This document shows, in pieces, positions 63,766 through 64,000 of a stretch of 64,000 bases of DNA. Below the pieces are notes generated by a model. The model was not told the DNA's origin, ran no database searches, and saw only the letters and a program-made list of their open reading frames with translations. Location: positions 5,248,001 to 5,312,000 of the forward strand of contig OZ245006.1 of assembly GCA_965223545.1 (NCBI GenBank), read 5' to 3'. The position numbers and the translations under genes were made by a program. This DNA is from Planctomycetota bacterium (GTDB lineage: Bacteria; Planctomycetota; UBA1135; UBA2386). Numbering within the stretch: position 1 is the stretch's first letter; each line of letters opens with the position of its first letter.

Positions 63766-64000
63766 ATGAACCAACACGGAGCATCCCCACCGTCGGACGA
63801 AGAGTTGCTCGAGCGCGCCATGCCCACGCTGCGTCGGCTGGCGGACGACCTCTTGGCGCGCGATCGGGTCGATCACACGCTGCAGCCGACGGCCTTGGTG
63901 CATGAGTTGTACCTCAAGTTGATGCGGCAGCGCGGCTTCGAAGGCCTCGACGAGGACCGCCTGCTGGCGATCGCCCGGCGGGCGATGCAGCAGATCTTGA
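63766..64000 (+). CDS. ECF sigma factor, planctomycete/verrucomicrobial type (3'-truncated by window)
   Basis: Own translation: MNQHGASPPSDEELLERAMPTLRRLADDLLARDRVDHTLQPTALVHELYLKL...; the HTLQPTALVHE motif is characteristic of this family; not in the ORF track. Confidence 0.85.
   Translation, partial: MNQHGASPPSDEELLERAMPTLRRLADDLLARDRVDHTLQPTALVHELYLKLMRQRGFEGLDEDRLLAIARRAMQQIL

Overview
High-GC (~70%), densely coding bacterial window, most likely from a Planctomycetota genome: it ends in a partial ECF sigma factor with the HTLQPTALVHE motif and encodes secreted FG-GAP and propeller proteins. The most notable region is 1-11.1 kb. An ABC exporter fragment, an asparagine-synthetase-like ligase, phosphonopyruvate decarboxylase and 2-aminoethylphosphonate transaminase sit beside an apparent operon of arsI, divergent pstSCAB, aroA-like and a Cys-substituted iPGM-like gene. 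This matches the AroA + iPGM + Ppd signature of Streptomyces organoarsenic (As-C bond) biosynthesis, but with a transaminase, so I infer a candidate 2-aminoethylarsonate pathway. No PEP mutase is visible in the window. The rest contains menFDHCE, a PTS EI/Myb-repeat/STAS/HK/RR signalling block, a split glycine cleavage system, an expanded MglA/MglB polarity-like locus with a tail-anchored MglA, a Lys-rich histone-H1-like protein, metG, gcdH, pyrG-kdsB, a sigma54 response regulator, tRNA-Thr(CGT), a Cys-tailed aquaporin, an iodotyrosine deiodinase homologue, a Nudix-MBL fusion, a CLC channel and an HD-GYP protein. Two dispersed intergenic repeat families are present, including a perfect 91-bp palindrome. 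All calls come from reading motifs by eye; no database searches were run.
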